DNA of 64,000 nucleotides from Yuukianura sp. NJ FZ-2021 (taxonomy: Eukaryota). The stretch's first letter is position 1. Each line of letters begins with the position of its first letter. Of the stretch, positions 33,811 through 46,691 are shown piece by piece. Both the position numbers and the translations under genes were made by a program. The stretch is from assembly GCA_046563655.1 (NCBI GenBank), contig CM102289.1, forward strand, positions 4,774,001-4,838,000, given 5' to 3'. The notes beneath the pieces were generated by a model. The model saw only the letters and a program-made list of their open reading frames with translations, had not been told where the DNA came from and did no database searches.

Positions 33811-34219
33811 AATTGTAGATAGTTTAGCCGCTGTTTCTGGTTATCGCGTCACTGTGGAACTCCACTAAGTAATGAACATTTTGTGGACGTTGGCTCGCCC
33901 GTCCGTACGTTTTCGCTCGATTCACTTTCTCCCAGTACTTGGAGGCAATGCTCGCCCCTGGCATAATGAAGCCGTAAACTGGAGATTGTATCATAGTGGG
34001 TTAGTGAATTGGTATCCAAATTTACAACAAACAAGAACATGTAATTTGACTTGCCACGACCTACACACGTCAAAGATCCGTAGTTGAAGCCACACGAAAC
34101 AAAGATCCGGCACGGCTTGGTTGTAGGCCAAGGAGGAGTGCCTTGTGGGTTGACTGGTAGTCTACTTCCCTGATGATCCCTCTCGACGCGAGCATTGATT
34201 GTGTATTCAAACACACCTA

Positions 34220-34913
34220 GAGGCAAAATGTAAGGCGAAAAAACTCTTCGTTTAACTGACGATTTCGCCAAGCATCTCCCGCTTGAAAGAAAATGCGCTT
34301 TCCTTCCATCATTCGTCCCATAAGGTAGGAAACAACGTAGGTTAGCTCGATGGCCTCTTGATGACTGTTGAGGATGCAATTTTTCACGCCAATTTCAACA
34401 CTTCCTTTCGGAAGACGTTCTTGTTGATCTCGTAATTGCGGAAGACTTTCTTTTCGAGTTCATCCAATGCAAGTTTCATCTCTTCTTGCTGTCTTTGGAC
34501 TGACATCAACTTGGTCAGAGACATTCCCCCAAGTCCAATGCCAGTAGTCGCGAGAGCGGCAGCGATTAAAATTCCAAGTGCCAAAAAAATTCCTCGTTTT
34601 GCTCTGGTCGTCACAGACGTATTGTTTCTTTTCGGAGGACAAATGGCCTTGAGGTTGGCAAGGATGATGCCGCCGTAGTTGTCATTGCACGTATCAATCT
34701 CGTCGTTGATCCGTTGACTGTTCTCATTCCTTGGTGAGATTAGATCACTCGGAGACACTAATTTTATACGTGATTGCACCACGTGAAAGCTAGTCACAGC
34801 CGTCGCACTTTTTCTCCAAATGACAAATTGTTCGGGTTTGTGGGCGGGTACCACTGATCCTTCGCCCATGGTGCCCATCAGGTCACGAGTAAGAAACAGC
34901 AAATAAAGCTCAT
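34220..34913 (-). pseudogene. Env-like class I fusion glycoprotein, N-terminal half, frameshifted and truncated
   Basis: Signal-like MSFICCFLLVT/LMGTMG (one frameshift), sequons NNT/NTS, furin site RAKR, fusion peptide GIFLALGILIAAALATTGIGLGG, heptad repeat LMSVQRQQEEMKLALDELEKK. Confidence 0.75.
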
Positions 34914-34944
34914 TTTTCCGATTTTTAGGCTTGGCTTAAATGAA

Positions 34945-35445
34945 CTATTGTCGTCTGAATTTCGCTTCTCCGTCGTTTGGGATGAACTTTCGTTTGACTA
35001 TGCTTGCGTAGGATTCGGGGAGTGCATCTAGTCCCATTAATTTGCGTTTTCTCATAAGTGTATCTTTGTTCGTCGCTTTCGTGAGAATATCCGCTGGTTG
35101 TACGCTGTCTGGCGTATGATGAAGAGTAACAAGCTTCTTATCAATTAAATTTAGGATGTAGTTGTGACGGATATCAATATGCTTCGTTTTGTCATGGTAC
35201 TCCGGGTTTTTCGCAAGTTTGATCGCACTCTGTGAGTCTGTCTTGATTACGATGCTTGTCTGAGGATAGTTGCATTCAGCAAGAATATGAATTAACCAAA
35301 TGGATTCTTTTCCAGCGTGGAAAAGTGAGGTTTACTCAGCTTCTGTGCTTGATAAGGCTATGCAAGTTTGTCGCCTGCTCAGCCAAATAATTGGAGCATC
35401 GTTGATCATGAAAAGACATCCTATGGTTGATTTCCGGGAGTTAAC
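34945..35445 (-). mobile_element. Ty1/copia Pol C-terminus (RNase H), degenerate
   Basis: RKSTIG..IIWLSRRQTCIALSSTEAE*..KTDSQSAIKLAKNPEYHDKTKHIDIRHNYI..QPADILTK; one in-frame stop; not in the supplied ORF track. Confidence 0.92.
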
Positions 35446-37685
35446 AGCAGAAATTTCTCGAAGTGTCTGAAATGGGTGGATGAATAAGGCTGTTGTGCAA
35501 AAACTAGGAGATGAGTTTGATTTGATTTAGTCCTTTATTTGTGGCACACTTGCCAAGGCGGAGGGCACAAACAAGGGAAATTTAGACTTAACTCGAGAGA
35601 GTTACACTTTGAACAATAGTAGGTCCAAGTGAACACTACTGGAGAATAACAATAGGCTCAAGTGAGCAAGAGAGACATAGAAGGTTTCTCTGCAAGTGCT
35701 GGAACACAACTTAAAGTTAACTTAAAAGCTAAACTATGGATTTGGGTCGTTTCCGCCTCCACTCATTGTCGTTGAGAATGGCCACGTCACCTGCAGTGAG
35801 GTTGACACGTCGTCCTCTCTCAAGGCAAGAAGGGGAGTCGGAAGACCGGAAGAGCACAAGTGTATCCATGGTAACCATGGCATCCGGGAATTGGGATGGC
35901 GGAAGACAAGGTTGTGTTTGCCCTTGAAGAGTGTACATTATGCCGAGCGTCCAATGTGATTTTTGCTCCAACGCAAACCACGTTGGCAAATCAGTTGTAC
36001 AGCGTTCAGATAACAGTTAGAAGCCATCGGTTTTGTCCGATCCCACGTCCAATTTTGAAGGCCAGAGAAACCCCAAACCAAGAGTCCGCAACCCGTCCAA
36101 CATGACAACCCTTTGAAAGGGCATGACGCTTGTAAGTCCAGGAGTCAGGGTGCCCGCAGGTAGCCCGAACAGGGATCATTTTGCATGGTCACCAGTGATA
36201 TATAATAGTTGATGATACGTACCCTGCAGGGTTCCTTGTTCCCAAATTGGGTATCATTCGTGACTAAATAATTACGAATTGACCAAGTTGTGTCGTTAAG
36301 GATAGACATTGGATAGCCGTAGGAATTGGTTCTTGTTAAGTGCAGATGAATGCACTGATTCGGTGTTAAAGCTTGTGGAAACATAGTAGTGTTAGTCGTA
36401 AATTGTTTTGTCCGGCAGGAATCCCAAAACTCTAATGCTCTCTTAGCAAACACCAAAACCAGACTGAGTTCATAGCTCCACTGTAACACTAAACTAACGC
36501 ACTAAAACTACAAACTAAACTATAATCGTTGAGGTTTTCGACAGAATAATCATTCTTTCTCCATCGCAATCTGGTTCAGAGTGCAATACGATACATTTTA
36601 CATTGCTTATGTCCAGCTTCATCGACTGAAAGTAATTCCTGAGTCTTTTCACGTTGTTACAACAGAGCGTTATACTCCGGCTTTGCACTAATCGTTTCTT
36701 CATATTCTTCTTCTTGTCTGTCTAATCAGAAAAATGATGCTCCACTTCAATTATAATTTATGAAATGGATTGGATGATTGGTTTTTATAGTTTTATTATA
36801 AATTAAAGTTATTACTTAAAAAACGTTGCATGTAATTGTAAAGTTAATTGATTAATTGGAAAAAACAACTCTAGACAGACCATGCTTCACACACTTGAGA
36901 TTTGAAGTGAAGTTGGCAGTTCCTCTGTTTGCTAACACTTTTTGTACATTTGAAATTGGCGCTTCTCTTTTGAGAAGCGTCTCATTTGCCAAAACACCGC
37001 CCTCCATTGAATGACAAGGACATTCAATTTTGCACAAATAAAAAGAGAAAAATAATGACCAATTCTAGATACTAGTAGATTTTAAAACACAAATGAAAAA
37101 ATGGAAGGCTTCCGTTACACTACTGGATTTGGTGGCAACGAAGGTGGCTCAAGCTTTCTACCAGTTGGCCAGGCTGGAAATTGCCGTTTGCATGACCCTA
37201 CCAGTAGGTAATGAGATAAAGGTAACGCAATCAGTCACACAATCCAGAATTTATTCACCTTATGTTAAGTAGCTAGTCTACTGGAACGGAAGGTGTTTTA
37301 GCAAATTAATTTTCACCCCCAATTTAAATATTGAAAGAGATAAAGAATTAACACTAAGTCTATCTTAACACCTATGTTATGATAGGACAAAATAATCATG
37401 TAACACTTAAGATTTTGAATCTAGCTAACACAAATTTTTAAAGTTATTAGTAAATTAATGAATATTTTTTTTTAATTCAACACTACATTCTTTAGTACTA
37501 AATGCCTACAAATTTTACACTTGAAAGTTATTTATACATACTCAATTCCTGAACTTACACTACTCCGTATCAAGTAGTTTCACGATTTAGACGACTGGAC
37601 AAAGAAACACGTGCTCTTTTACTTTCAGTTGACTCTTCTTGTCCAATTCTGTCGTTTTGAAGTTGACTTCCACAGATGGAACTAA

Positions 37686-38000
37686 CGTAAGTTGTCTTTT
37701 CCTGGGAATGTCTTCGTCAGTGTGGCGAGTTTCCACTTCAGCGGTGGAGTGTCTTCGTCTTTGATGAGGACGAGATCGCCAGGTTTGATGTTTTCTGATT
37801 CGTTCCGCCACTTGTCTTTGCTGGAGGAGATTCAAGTATTCCTTCCAGTGATTCCAAAAATGCTGGGACATCTGCTGGACACGTTTCCATCTCGAGAGTC
37901 TGTTTTCGTTGATTTCGGCCAGACTTGGTTTTGGGATGGCGAGTAGTGGTTTTCCAATAAGGAAATGTCCTGGAATTAGTGCCTCAACGTCATCTGGATC
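37686..38000 (-). mobile_element. BEL/Pao retrotransposon fragment (post-integrase DUF5641-type region)
   Basis: DPDDVEALIPGHFLIG..RW..VQQMSQHFWNHWKEYLNLLQQR/KW..PGDLVLIKDEDTPPLKWKLA..PGKD, with a frameshift. Confidence 0.85.
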
Positions 38001-39449
38001 ACGAGATTTGATTCAATAAAATATATTTTTCAACAAATTTTACATTTTTTTTTAAATTTGAATTTAAAAACAATGAAAATAAAAAACAGATGAGAATTAT
38101 AAGGCTCAATTTTTTTTTATGATTTTGTTTCTTCTTTTTTCACGTAATTTGTCAAGCCCCACTTTTATTTGTGTTCGACTACGACTGCATAATACTTTGC
38201 GTTACAAATAAAGCTACTCAAATCAAAGAACTGCATTTGAATTTGCCAGTGTCCACACATTTCCTGCAGCATGTTCATTTTTTATTACAACCAGTGTAAC
38301 ATTACACCCTGTATGTTTTGCTTGTTCATTGTGGATTAGAAGTAAATGCTAACCGACTCGCATTGGAAGGGATCGTCGTAGTTAACATAAAACGTAGGAT
38401 TTCGGAACGCATTTCTCGACAGCACTGAAACTGCTTTTCCGTTGCATCCAGGTTCATCATATAGAATAACACACTTGCTGAATTCGATGTTTACAAAGAC
38501 CGACATGAAATTGTTTCGTAGCTTGGTTAGGTTCCAGCAGCATTTGCCGAAAAAGAAACCCGAAAAGAAAGAAAATAGATTTTACTCCAAATATGGAGCA
38601 ACGGCAGAACCAATGAGAATGACGAAAAACGCTGAAGATTTGTTTTAATTGGTACTTCGAAATGTTGATTGTAAATGTAAATTTCAAATTATAAGTTTCA
38701 AGTGATTTCATAATAAATACTTGCGTTGTACACAATTAAATACGTAAAAATTACTTCCAAAACCTTTCCGCTCAATTCCCTCAAAAATGCCGACATGTGT
38801 GCCTGAACTGAAATTCAAGTGCCGACGAGTAGGTCGAAATCACTCCAACTTTTATTTCTCAGTTCGGCAATAATAGTAATAGAGGCAGAAGTAGATGGGG
38901 AGGACTAATAGGCCTATTTATGGGAGTTGATGTAGCAGCTAGCTGGAGTGCACATTCGAAATCTCACCCAAACGCATACATGGGCAACAACACATTTTTT
39001 AAATCCATTTGTTTCACTTGAGTTTATGCTGAAAATAGTAATATTAAATTACTAAGTTTAGTAATTAACTGTCCTGGTAAAGTAATTTCGAAAATATTTT
39101 TGATGCCCATATGCGATTTTGTATTGCTTCGGCTATATGGTATCAAGGAAACTGAAAATATGGTGAAAGTCCAATAGTTGACTATGGGAGAAAGCGATAA
39201 TTTCTCCAAATGGACGCCAATGTCCAACATCTATTCGAGAAAAGAAGGTCAGACCCTAGTTTTTCTTGTTAGTAAACTAACTATACGGTACATCACTTTC
39301 CATGTGTACCTTAAGTTATTACTTTATTATGTACTGCAAATATAACAAAATATTATTTGCATTAATTAAGTTAAACAAATTCACAGTTAAATAAGTTAAT
39401 TAACTAATGCTAACTAATAAAGTGCGAGACGTTCATATTCAGAATTAAA

Positions 39450-39535
39450 TAAATAATGTCACGAGTCGTGACATTATTTATATATATTCGAACCTAATTT
39501 TGTGCTCGTGACTCACGAGCACAACATTAGGTTCG
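39450..39535. repeat. Two adjacent near-perfect palindromes
   Basis: 15-bp arms with a 1-nt spacer (39450-39480); 23-bp arms, one mismatch, 1-nt spacer (39489-39535). Confidence 0.9.
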
Positions 39536-40720
39536 TAATTATAGGTTAATTAGTCTTTGCTTCGTCTGCCTATGTTAAGTTTCAAGATTTGCAACTTATG
39601 TGTTTCGTTTTTGTAAGTTGATACATTTTCTCTGTTATGCTTACATTTACAGTTTAGCCTAAATTTAGTTCAGTCCGACAGTTCAAAAACCTATAAATGT
39701 GGGTTACATTACATCTATTGCTAAGGCCTTCACTTTTTCTGAGCAATTGATTTGCTTTAGATCTCTTGCCTTGATGGCTAAATCATTCATATACTATGTC
39801 GCGTAAGTCATTGCGTTTCTAATAAATTAATGACCTATGACCATTGGGAGTGGCGTTCAGTTGTTCTGGAGAGTCATTTATTGAGTAGTTTGTCTTTTGG
39901 AGTTCACGTAGGTCAGTTAAGGTCAGTCCAGTAGAGAAGTTTACGGATTCGAGAAAGTGTACCTTAACAATATACTATTTTTAAATGATTGCAAAGCTTA
40001 TTGCGACAACAAAGCTTTATTCATTGTTCGTCGAAACACGAAAAATGAATTGTTTGTTCTAATTTTGCAGAAATTTCCGTATCAATGAGGACATCAATGA
40101 TACAATATTTAAAAAAAAACTAATAAATGAGAAAATCCAGATAGCTGACCATCCGAATTTTGCCCGCTTTGGAGTTCCAAGTTCAAGAACGAGTGGATAT
40201 TGTTCCATTAACTCCCATAGCAAGCAGACATTTAAAATGACTCCAAACAAAAACTTCATTCTTTTCCAGTCGATTCAAGCGGGTTCACTGTGTTTGGCTG
40301 CCCGATCGATGAGCAGTAGAAGCGTAAGCGAAAGGAGATTGATTGGTGTGTTGGGCTAAAAGAGGAATTAATTACTAAGATGAATGTCGAATTAATGGAA
40401 TAAGATGAGGAAATAGTGGGTAAAATGCCTGATTTTGGGAGAGTTTGAGAAGGAAAAGAAAGTAACGGGGCGTACTAGATGGATTTTGGAGAGTTACAAT
40501 CACTCCTGATTGGATGGAAATGTGGGCGACTCCGAAGAAGCCAAACCCTCCGAGTGTCAGCAGGGAAGAAGTGGGTTCCAAACGATGGGAATATCTTTGC
40601 ATTAGGCCGGTACAAAACCCAGCAGATCAAATGCTCTCTGACCCCTTCATCCCTCGTAATTACATTTGACACCCCGCCAAAGTGTCATCTCAGTCCACTC
40701 AACACACTCCGCAAGTGACC

Positions 40721-43700
40721 ATGTCCAACCTTCCCTGCTTCCCAATGTTCCCCTACTTGTCGCCACTTCAGTTCACTCAGTTCACCTCTACACTCTCCGC
40801 AAATTCAACTTCCAATCCATCAGAACTCAGTAGGAGTCCAGTCAACTCTACAATGGTCACTAGGACGCCATTTACAATCGAGAGCATTCTGGGAACTAGT
40901 CCAGCGGCACAAGGTGCCACCAACAAAGGTCGTCACTCCAAAGTTCCACCGTCGACTCCAATGAACCCCGCCAATTGCGGTCACAGAGGTCAAAGTCCCT
41001 CAGAAGGAACTTGTAGCGACCACGAACGATCACTGCATCCCTCACCACCGCTAGTACATCAGTTTCCTACTTTCCAATTCCTCCAACAGTCAGCCGCTGC
41101 TGCCGCAGGATTTCTACCGAGCCATGCCGCAGCAGAATTTTTCGGTAAGTCACATTCAAATCTGTTTCCCAAATTTTAATTTCTTACAAGGTATTTTTTA
41201 TTACAGTGGAACCCATCTTTTCGTAACTTTTTTTTATTTCTAGGTAACTTAAAACTCCAAGTTAATGGAGCAGTTTTAATTTTAACCAAAAAAAGAGGGA
41301 TTCCAATGTGCTAAATATTTAACGTGTAAATATAAATTAAGTGAAAAGGTTTTTTGTTCGTGGGCATTACTTCGTGTGGAGGTATCATGTTTGGATTTGG
41401 GAATTCATGGTAAAGCAAAACGTCGTTCGTAAAACATGGATCGGTTTTGGAATGATGGATTATTAATTTGGAGGAATACCTAAAAGATTGCACCACAACG
41501 AAGACGGAACTTAATTTGATTTGTGGATTCGGATGATTTTTAGGCTGATAAACTTTAGGAAGTCTTTCAAGTCCAATTTACCTTCCTCATCTTTCTTTCG
41601 TTTGAGCTTATAATCTGGTTAGATCAAAAATTAGCGTCAAATTCGACCTATTTCCATGTTAAGTAGTACGAAAAACAAGAGAAATATTCAGCGCATATGA
41701 GGAAAGTTTAAGATCAATCAATCAGTTGTAAAGTTTAAGATTAATGTTCATTGAAAATTGACCTAAACTTTAATGTAATTTTATCCTAACAAAAACTCAA
41801 AACTATTTATACGGGAAATCGAGGCCAAATTTTCTTCTAAGACGGAACTGTGACCTCCAAGTGCAACTTGAACTGTGACCTCCCCAATAATGTTCGAAAT
41901 AATAACATCCTAATTTTACTCGTTGCCCATTTTCGCTGAAAAACACCGGACTGCGTTGCTTAGCGAGAACGGGGTTTTAAACAAAATTTAAACCCCATTC
42001 TATTTGGTTGGAATTGTGGCCTTATGATTTTCGAATTGAATTGCGAATCCTTCCAGAATTTTTGAAACAGTCAATTCCGAATGTTCTTGGTGAAAGACAT
42101 TTTACAAGCAACATCGTTTTCAAATTCCGACTAGCGTTTTATGACAAGCTATGTTGAAGGTATTAAATGATAATTGATGTTTGTATTTTTCAGCAACATA
42201 TCCCGGACTTTACAGTCATCTCTACTCGCATCCGTTCAATGGATCACATTCGGGTCATGGAGTTCCATTTGGCGGAATTGGAGGCAACACACAAAAAAGG
42301 AAACGGCGACATAGGTAAGAAATTTACTCAAGTTCGTTGTATTAAAAGAAAAGGACAAGTTGATGTTCCGATTAGTAAATGCCCATTTCTCAAATGAGGT
42401 TTTTGTGTTAAAAGTCACGTTCTGAATTGAATGTTTTTGCAACCGTTTTCGATGGATTAGTAGAATTTTTCAAAAGTCTGTTCAAAATGGAGTGGGTTCA
42501 CAAACCCAAACGCCTCTTCCTGTCCCTGAGGAGTTGATTTTAATTTTGCGGTACGGTCAAAGTAATCCTGCAGAAGCAGAAGGAAACTTCAACTAGGTAG
42601 CCCTCTCAAAAGGTAGGAGTGTCGTCACAGCTCCCTTTCACACTTTACAGATTGTTTTTGTTTCCAAGTGGATTAGTAACCCATTAGCTTCACTCTATTT
42701 CAAATCTCTTAAGCTCTCCTGATGGAGTCAAACTTAAAAAAAAACGTACCACAGAGGTTGTGGAAATTGAGAACCGCATTCACATTAGAAAAGGCCACTT
42801 CCAAGTATAATTTTTAAACTCATTTTCTGAAATATTCCGTTTTCAATTTTTTAGACACCGATCTGTGCTGAATTAAATTTTTTTTATGAATATTTATATA
42901 AAGAATATTTATATATCCATTACTTTTTTCTTCCCCACAGTTCAAACCAAATGTGAATTTTCTCATTTTCGGGGAATACGGAAAAATGCAAAAATTATGC
43001 AGATTTGAAACGCTTTACTAAGTAAAAAAAAGTTGAAATTCCCGTAGCGGGCATTTTGGTTAGTTTTAAAGTTAGAATGCTTAAACTTTTACTCTTATTC
43101 GGATTCTCGTCTCTCGTCAATATTTTCATAAGAAATTCTGGGAGAACAGGAAAAGAAGCTTTTCCACTTTCCAAAAGCCTTGATGGATTTTGTATGGATA
43201 AACTCCATCTCTGCCTCCAAAGAGCTCTTTAAGCTCCTAAAACTTCAAACCAAAGCTTTTCAACTCAATTTACAAAAAATACAATTTCAGGCAAAAAGAA
43301 AATGCACAAAATTTATTTCGGACAGAAGATGTGGATACTAAAACAATAAGGTTTTATTTTTAACGTTGTTGGTGCAGGAGCGAAGGGCTGAGAGTGCGAA
43401 GGCTTAAACTTTCTCCATGCTGTTTAATTAGAACGTAGACGCCTTGAGCCACTCATTTAAAATTGATGTGCTCAGAATATTATAGACTTAGGTGTATTAA
43501 TTAATGTTCCTACGACCTGGAGTCACTTTAATTTACTTTAATTAAGCGTCTTTTGTTTCAGAACAATCTTCACAGAGGAGCAGTTGGAGTCCCTGGAAGA
43601 AACGTTTCGCTCTACGCATTATCCTGACGTTGTGCTGCGGGAGCAATTGGCTCTCAAGACGGATCTGAAGGAGGAGCGTGTTGAGGTAAAGTACTACAAA

Positions 43701-46691
43701 AAGTGAAATTCACACAAAATGGCTCTCAAGCTCTAAATGGAATTGTGGCTGAGTCACGGATTTTGGAAAAATTTTGCCGCAAGGGGTTGGAATGAAAAGT
43801 AGTAGAAAATCTGGGAAATCAAAAAATCTGGTGGACGGAAAGCAATTCCGTTGGACAAGGACTGAAATGGAGCTCCACTCATCCTCTTGTTTTGAGAGCA
43901 AACAAAATTAAGCGTAATGTTGATACTTGAAATAATAGAATAATCTTTTCCTCATTTCACTTTCCCCTTTTCCCAGCAGCAGCACAAATTCATTTTTAGA
44001 ACTTTTCATTCCTTTCACCACATCTTCCGTTATGGTCTCATTACAATTCCTTAAGCAAACATTCAAATGGAATCCCTCGTTTTCTCTGAGAGAAGTCTCA
44101 TAGGTCTAAATTCGTTGATTACATTATCTTCCTCCAGAGTACATGAAATATGCATTAAAATTACAAATAGGATGAAGTGGATTTGAGTTCATGTGAGTTA
44201 GCAGTAGTCACCCCATTTTTCATAACATTTTTATATCCTGCAGGCCATTCGTTAATATTTTAATAGGAAAACCGGCTAACCGGAATGTTAGTAAGTAGCG
44301 AAAGATGGACTTCAATGCAACATGTAACCAAAGGTTATTGATTAATTCAGTAGTCCAAGTAACAATAACATTGGAATTGCAAAAATGTTATAATAAAAGT
44401 TAACTTTTGACCCGGAAAAATGTCACATAGTTTTCCGTGCTACTGTGGATCAACCCGTTTGACACTTCACACGGAAAACTTTGAGCCACCGGGATAATAC
44501 TAATTATGAACAAGCCAGCGTCACTAGAGCTAAACAGTGAAATCTGTCAAAAATGTAGAGCCGTTTGCGAAATACTTGCCGCGGACGGACAGGCAGACAG
44601 ACAATGTTGATAGATAAAGTAGAATTCGATACTTGTAATAACAAAGGGCAGAGGAAGAGGAGGGTTGCTGGGAGTGGAGAAAGCATCGTGTGCATCATCC
44701 CCATCCCCACCTTTCATCCACCCCCTGCTCAACTCACCCTCTGCTCTTCTCAACAATGCATACTTCCCACAGGAATTAAATCATGTGGTTTGATTCACAA
44801 TTAACTACAATTTCTTTTCAACAATTAACAAGGCAAAATGCTTTTGACTTAGACGCTATTGGCAGTGATTGATATCTCCATCTCAATGGCTCATAAGAAT
44901 AAGTGGATGAGTTGTTGTATGGTGGTGACGTGAAGTAGTTTACGGGAATCGGAGCTTCTTATAAGTTTTTGTCCTTTTGGAAACTTTCCTATTGTGGAGA
45001 TGAAAGTGATTTTGATTGTTTGGAGAAAGTCAAAGTTGAAGTGTTCTAGTCTTTATCTACTTTCCATTTTCAATTATACGATTCGCCTTTTCCTGCCATT
45101 GTGCCGTTCCATTCCCACCAGCTCCAAGCGGCATTGGGCCGTAAAAATAAATTGGAATCATCATCTCACACAATACTCAATTTTCATAAGAATAGAAATC
45201 TCTCCAAACCTCTTCAATCGCATGAACTGGGTCCAACAGTAATTGAAAACTTGTTTCGTCATTAATAATAAAGCTGTCTCGTAAAGACGTATCGGAAGAC
45301 AAACACAAATGACAAACGCATATTATGAATATGATTGCCCGCCGTCAATGTCTATAAATCAGTTGCTGACACTAGTCTACCGTATTTCCTGGCCTATGAA
45401 GCACGTATTTTCTGTGAAATGTTAAGACTTTAGAACAAAACAAAATTTCCATTTCTGAAACCTCATTTTTCCCCAAAACTCAGTGGTGAATATAAACATC
45501 CTTTTAACCCGTGCTAACTAAGTAAGAACTCATAAGATTCAACTTATTCAGTTTTCCCGCTATTGATATCCTTTTGAAAATTTTGGTCGGCGTCTCATAA
45601 GCGAGGAAATACGGTAGTTTCATTAAACTAAGTTTTGGGGGGATTTTGTAGCGTGTTGTGCTTGACGGGAGTAGAAAGTTTGATTCTTATTTGATCTTTT
45701 GAGGTAGAGGCAGGTGAAAGCGGATTGGAAGAGATAAATTAGGGACTGGGATGAAGAAATGGTTGATGGGAGGACTTCAAAGGAACTTGGAACCCTTCGT
45801 CTGGTACCCTGTGACATGGTCACATTTCGGACGTTGTTAGTTGCTCAGAGAAAGTCATTATGACCACATTTTACACATGACGACATACATTGCCTTCCAA
45901 CAATCAAATCACAAACACAAAGGAGATTTTTCATTTTAGTCTAAAAAGACTCATCGCAAATACTGCTCAAACAAAGTTTCTCTTGCCATCGTTATAACGT
46001 CGTCCTTTGAAGACCTACCTGAATCATATTCGTCGCTTCCGTTTACTCTTCCATGTCGATTCCTTTTGTTTTTCATTTTCCAACGACTCACTGGTTCCGA
46101 TTTGAGTCGTTAAGTCCTCAATATTGGTTATTTCTCATATTTTATTTTTTGTGTTTTGTACCTTTGGAAGTCGTTAAACACATACTGCAGAGGTAACATC
46201 CTTGCCAACTGAACTGTGTGTTTCATTCGGTTCAAAGATCAGAAGAAGCTGACAGTGACAAAGGACAGATTCCATTGAAAAGCAAAGAGAGTTTAATTTT
46301 GACTTGTAGAAATTAGTTCCCTTGAGTCCTTAATTTGGTCTCATATCTAATTAGACTCTCATCTCTGTCTTCCTAGGTTTGGTTTAAGAACCGGAGAGCA
46401 AAATGGCGGAAGCAGAAGAAGGAAGAGGAAATTCGGAAGCGTAGAATTCAAGACGACACGTCTCTTTTGGAAAACTGTGGGGAAGGGCCTGGTGACGGGG
46501 CGAGGTACGACGATCCGTTGCCACGAAGTCTCTCTCCCCTGACAATCCATGAACACCGCCATCATCGTCATCATCTACCTCAACAGCAGTTGACCTCAGC
46601 CAGTTCGTCTTCGATGAGACAAAGTCCCACTGCCAGAAAACGCAGAACCAGTTCCGACTTTTCGGATAATTTGAGTGATTCTACTAATTAA
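40721..46691 (+). CDS. gsc: Goosecoid, K50 paired-class homeodomain protein (exons 40721-41144, 42194-42314, 43562-43685, 46377-46691)
   Basis: eh1 motif FTIESIL; spliced homeodomain [62 protein letters not shown]. Confidence 0.95.

Noticed and set aside
35491..36102. Possible solo LTR (TGTTG...CAACA)
   Set aside because: No TSD, PBS, PPT or second copy in the window.
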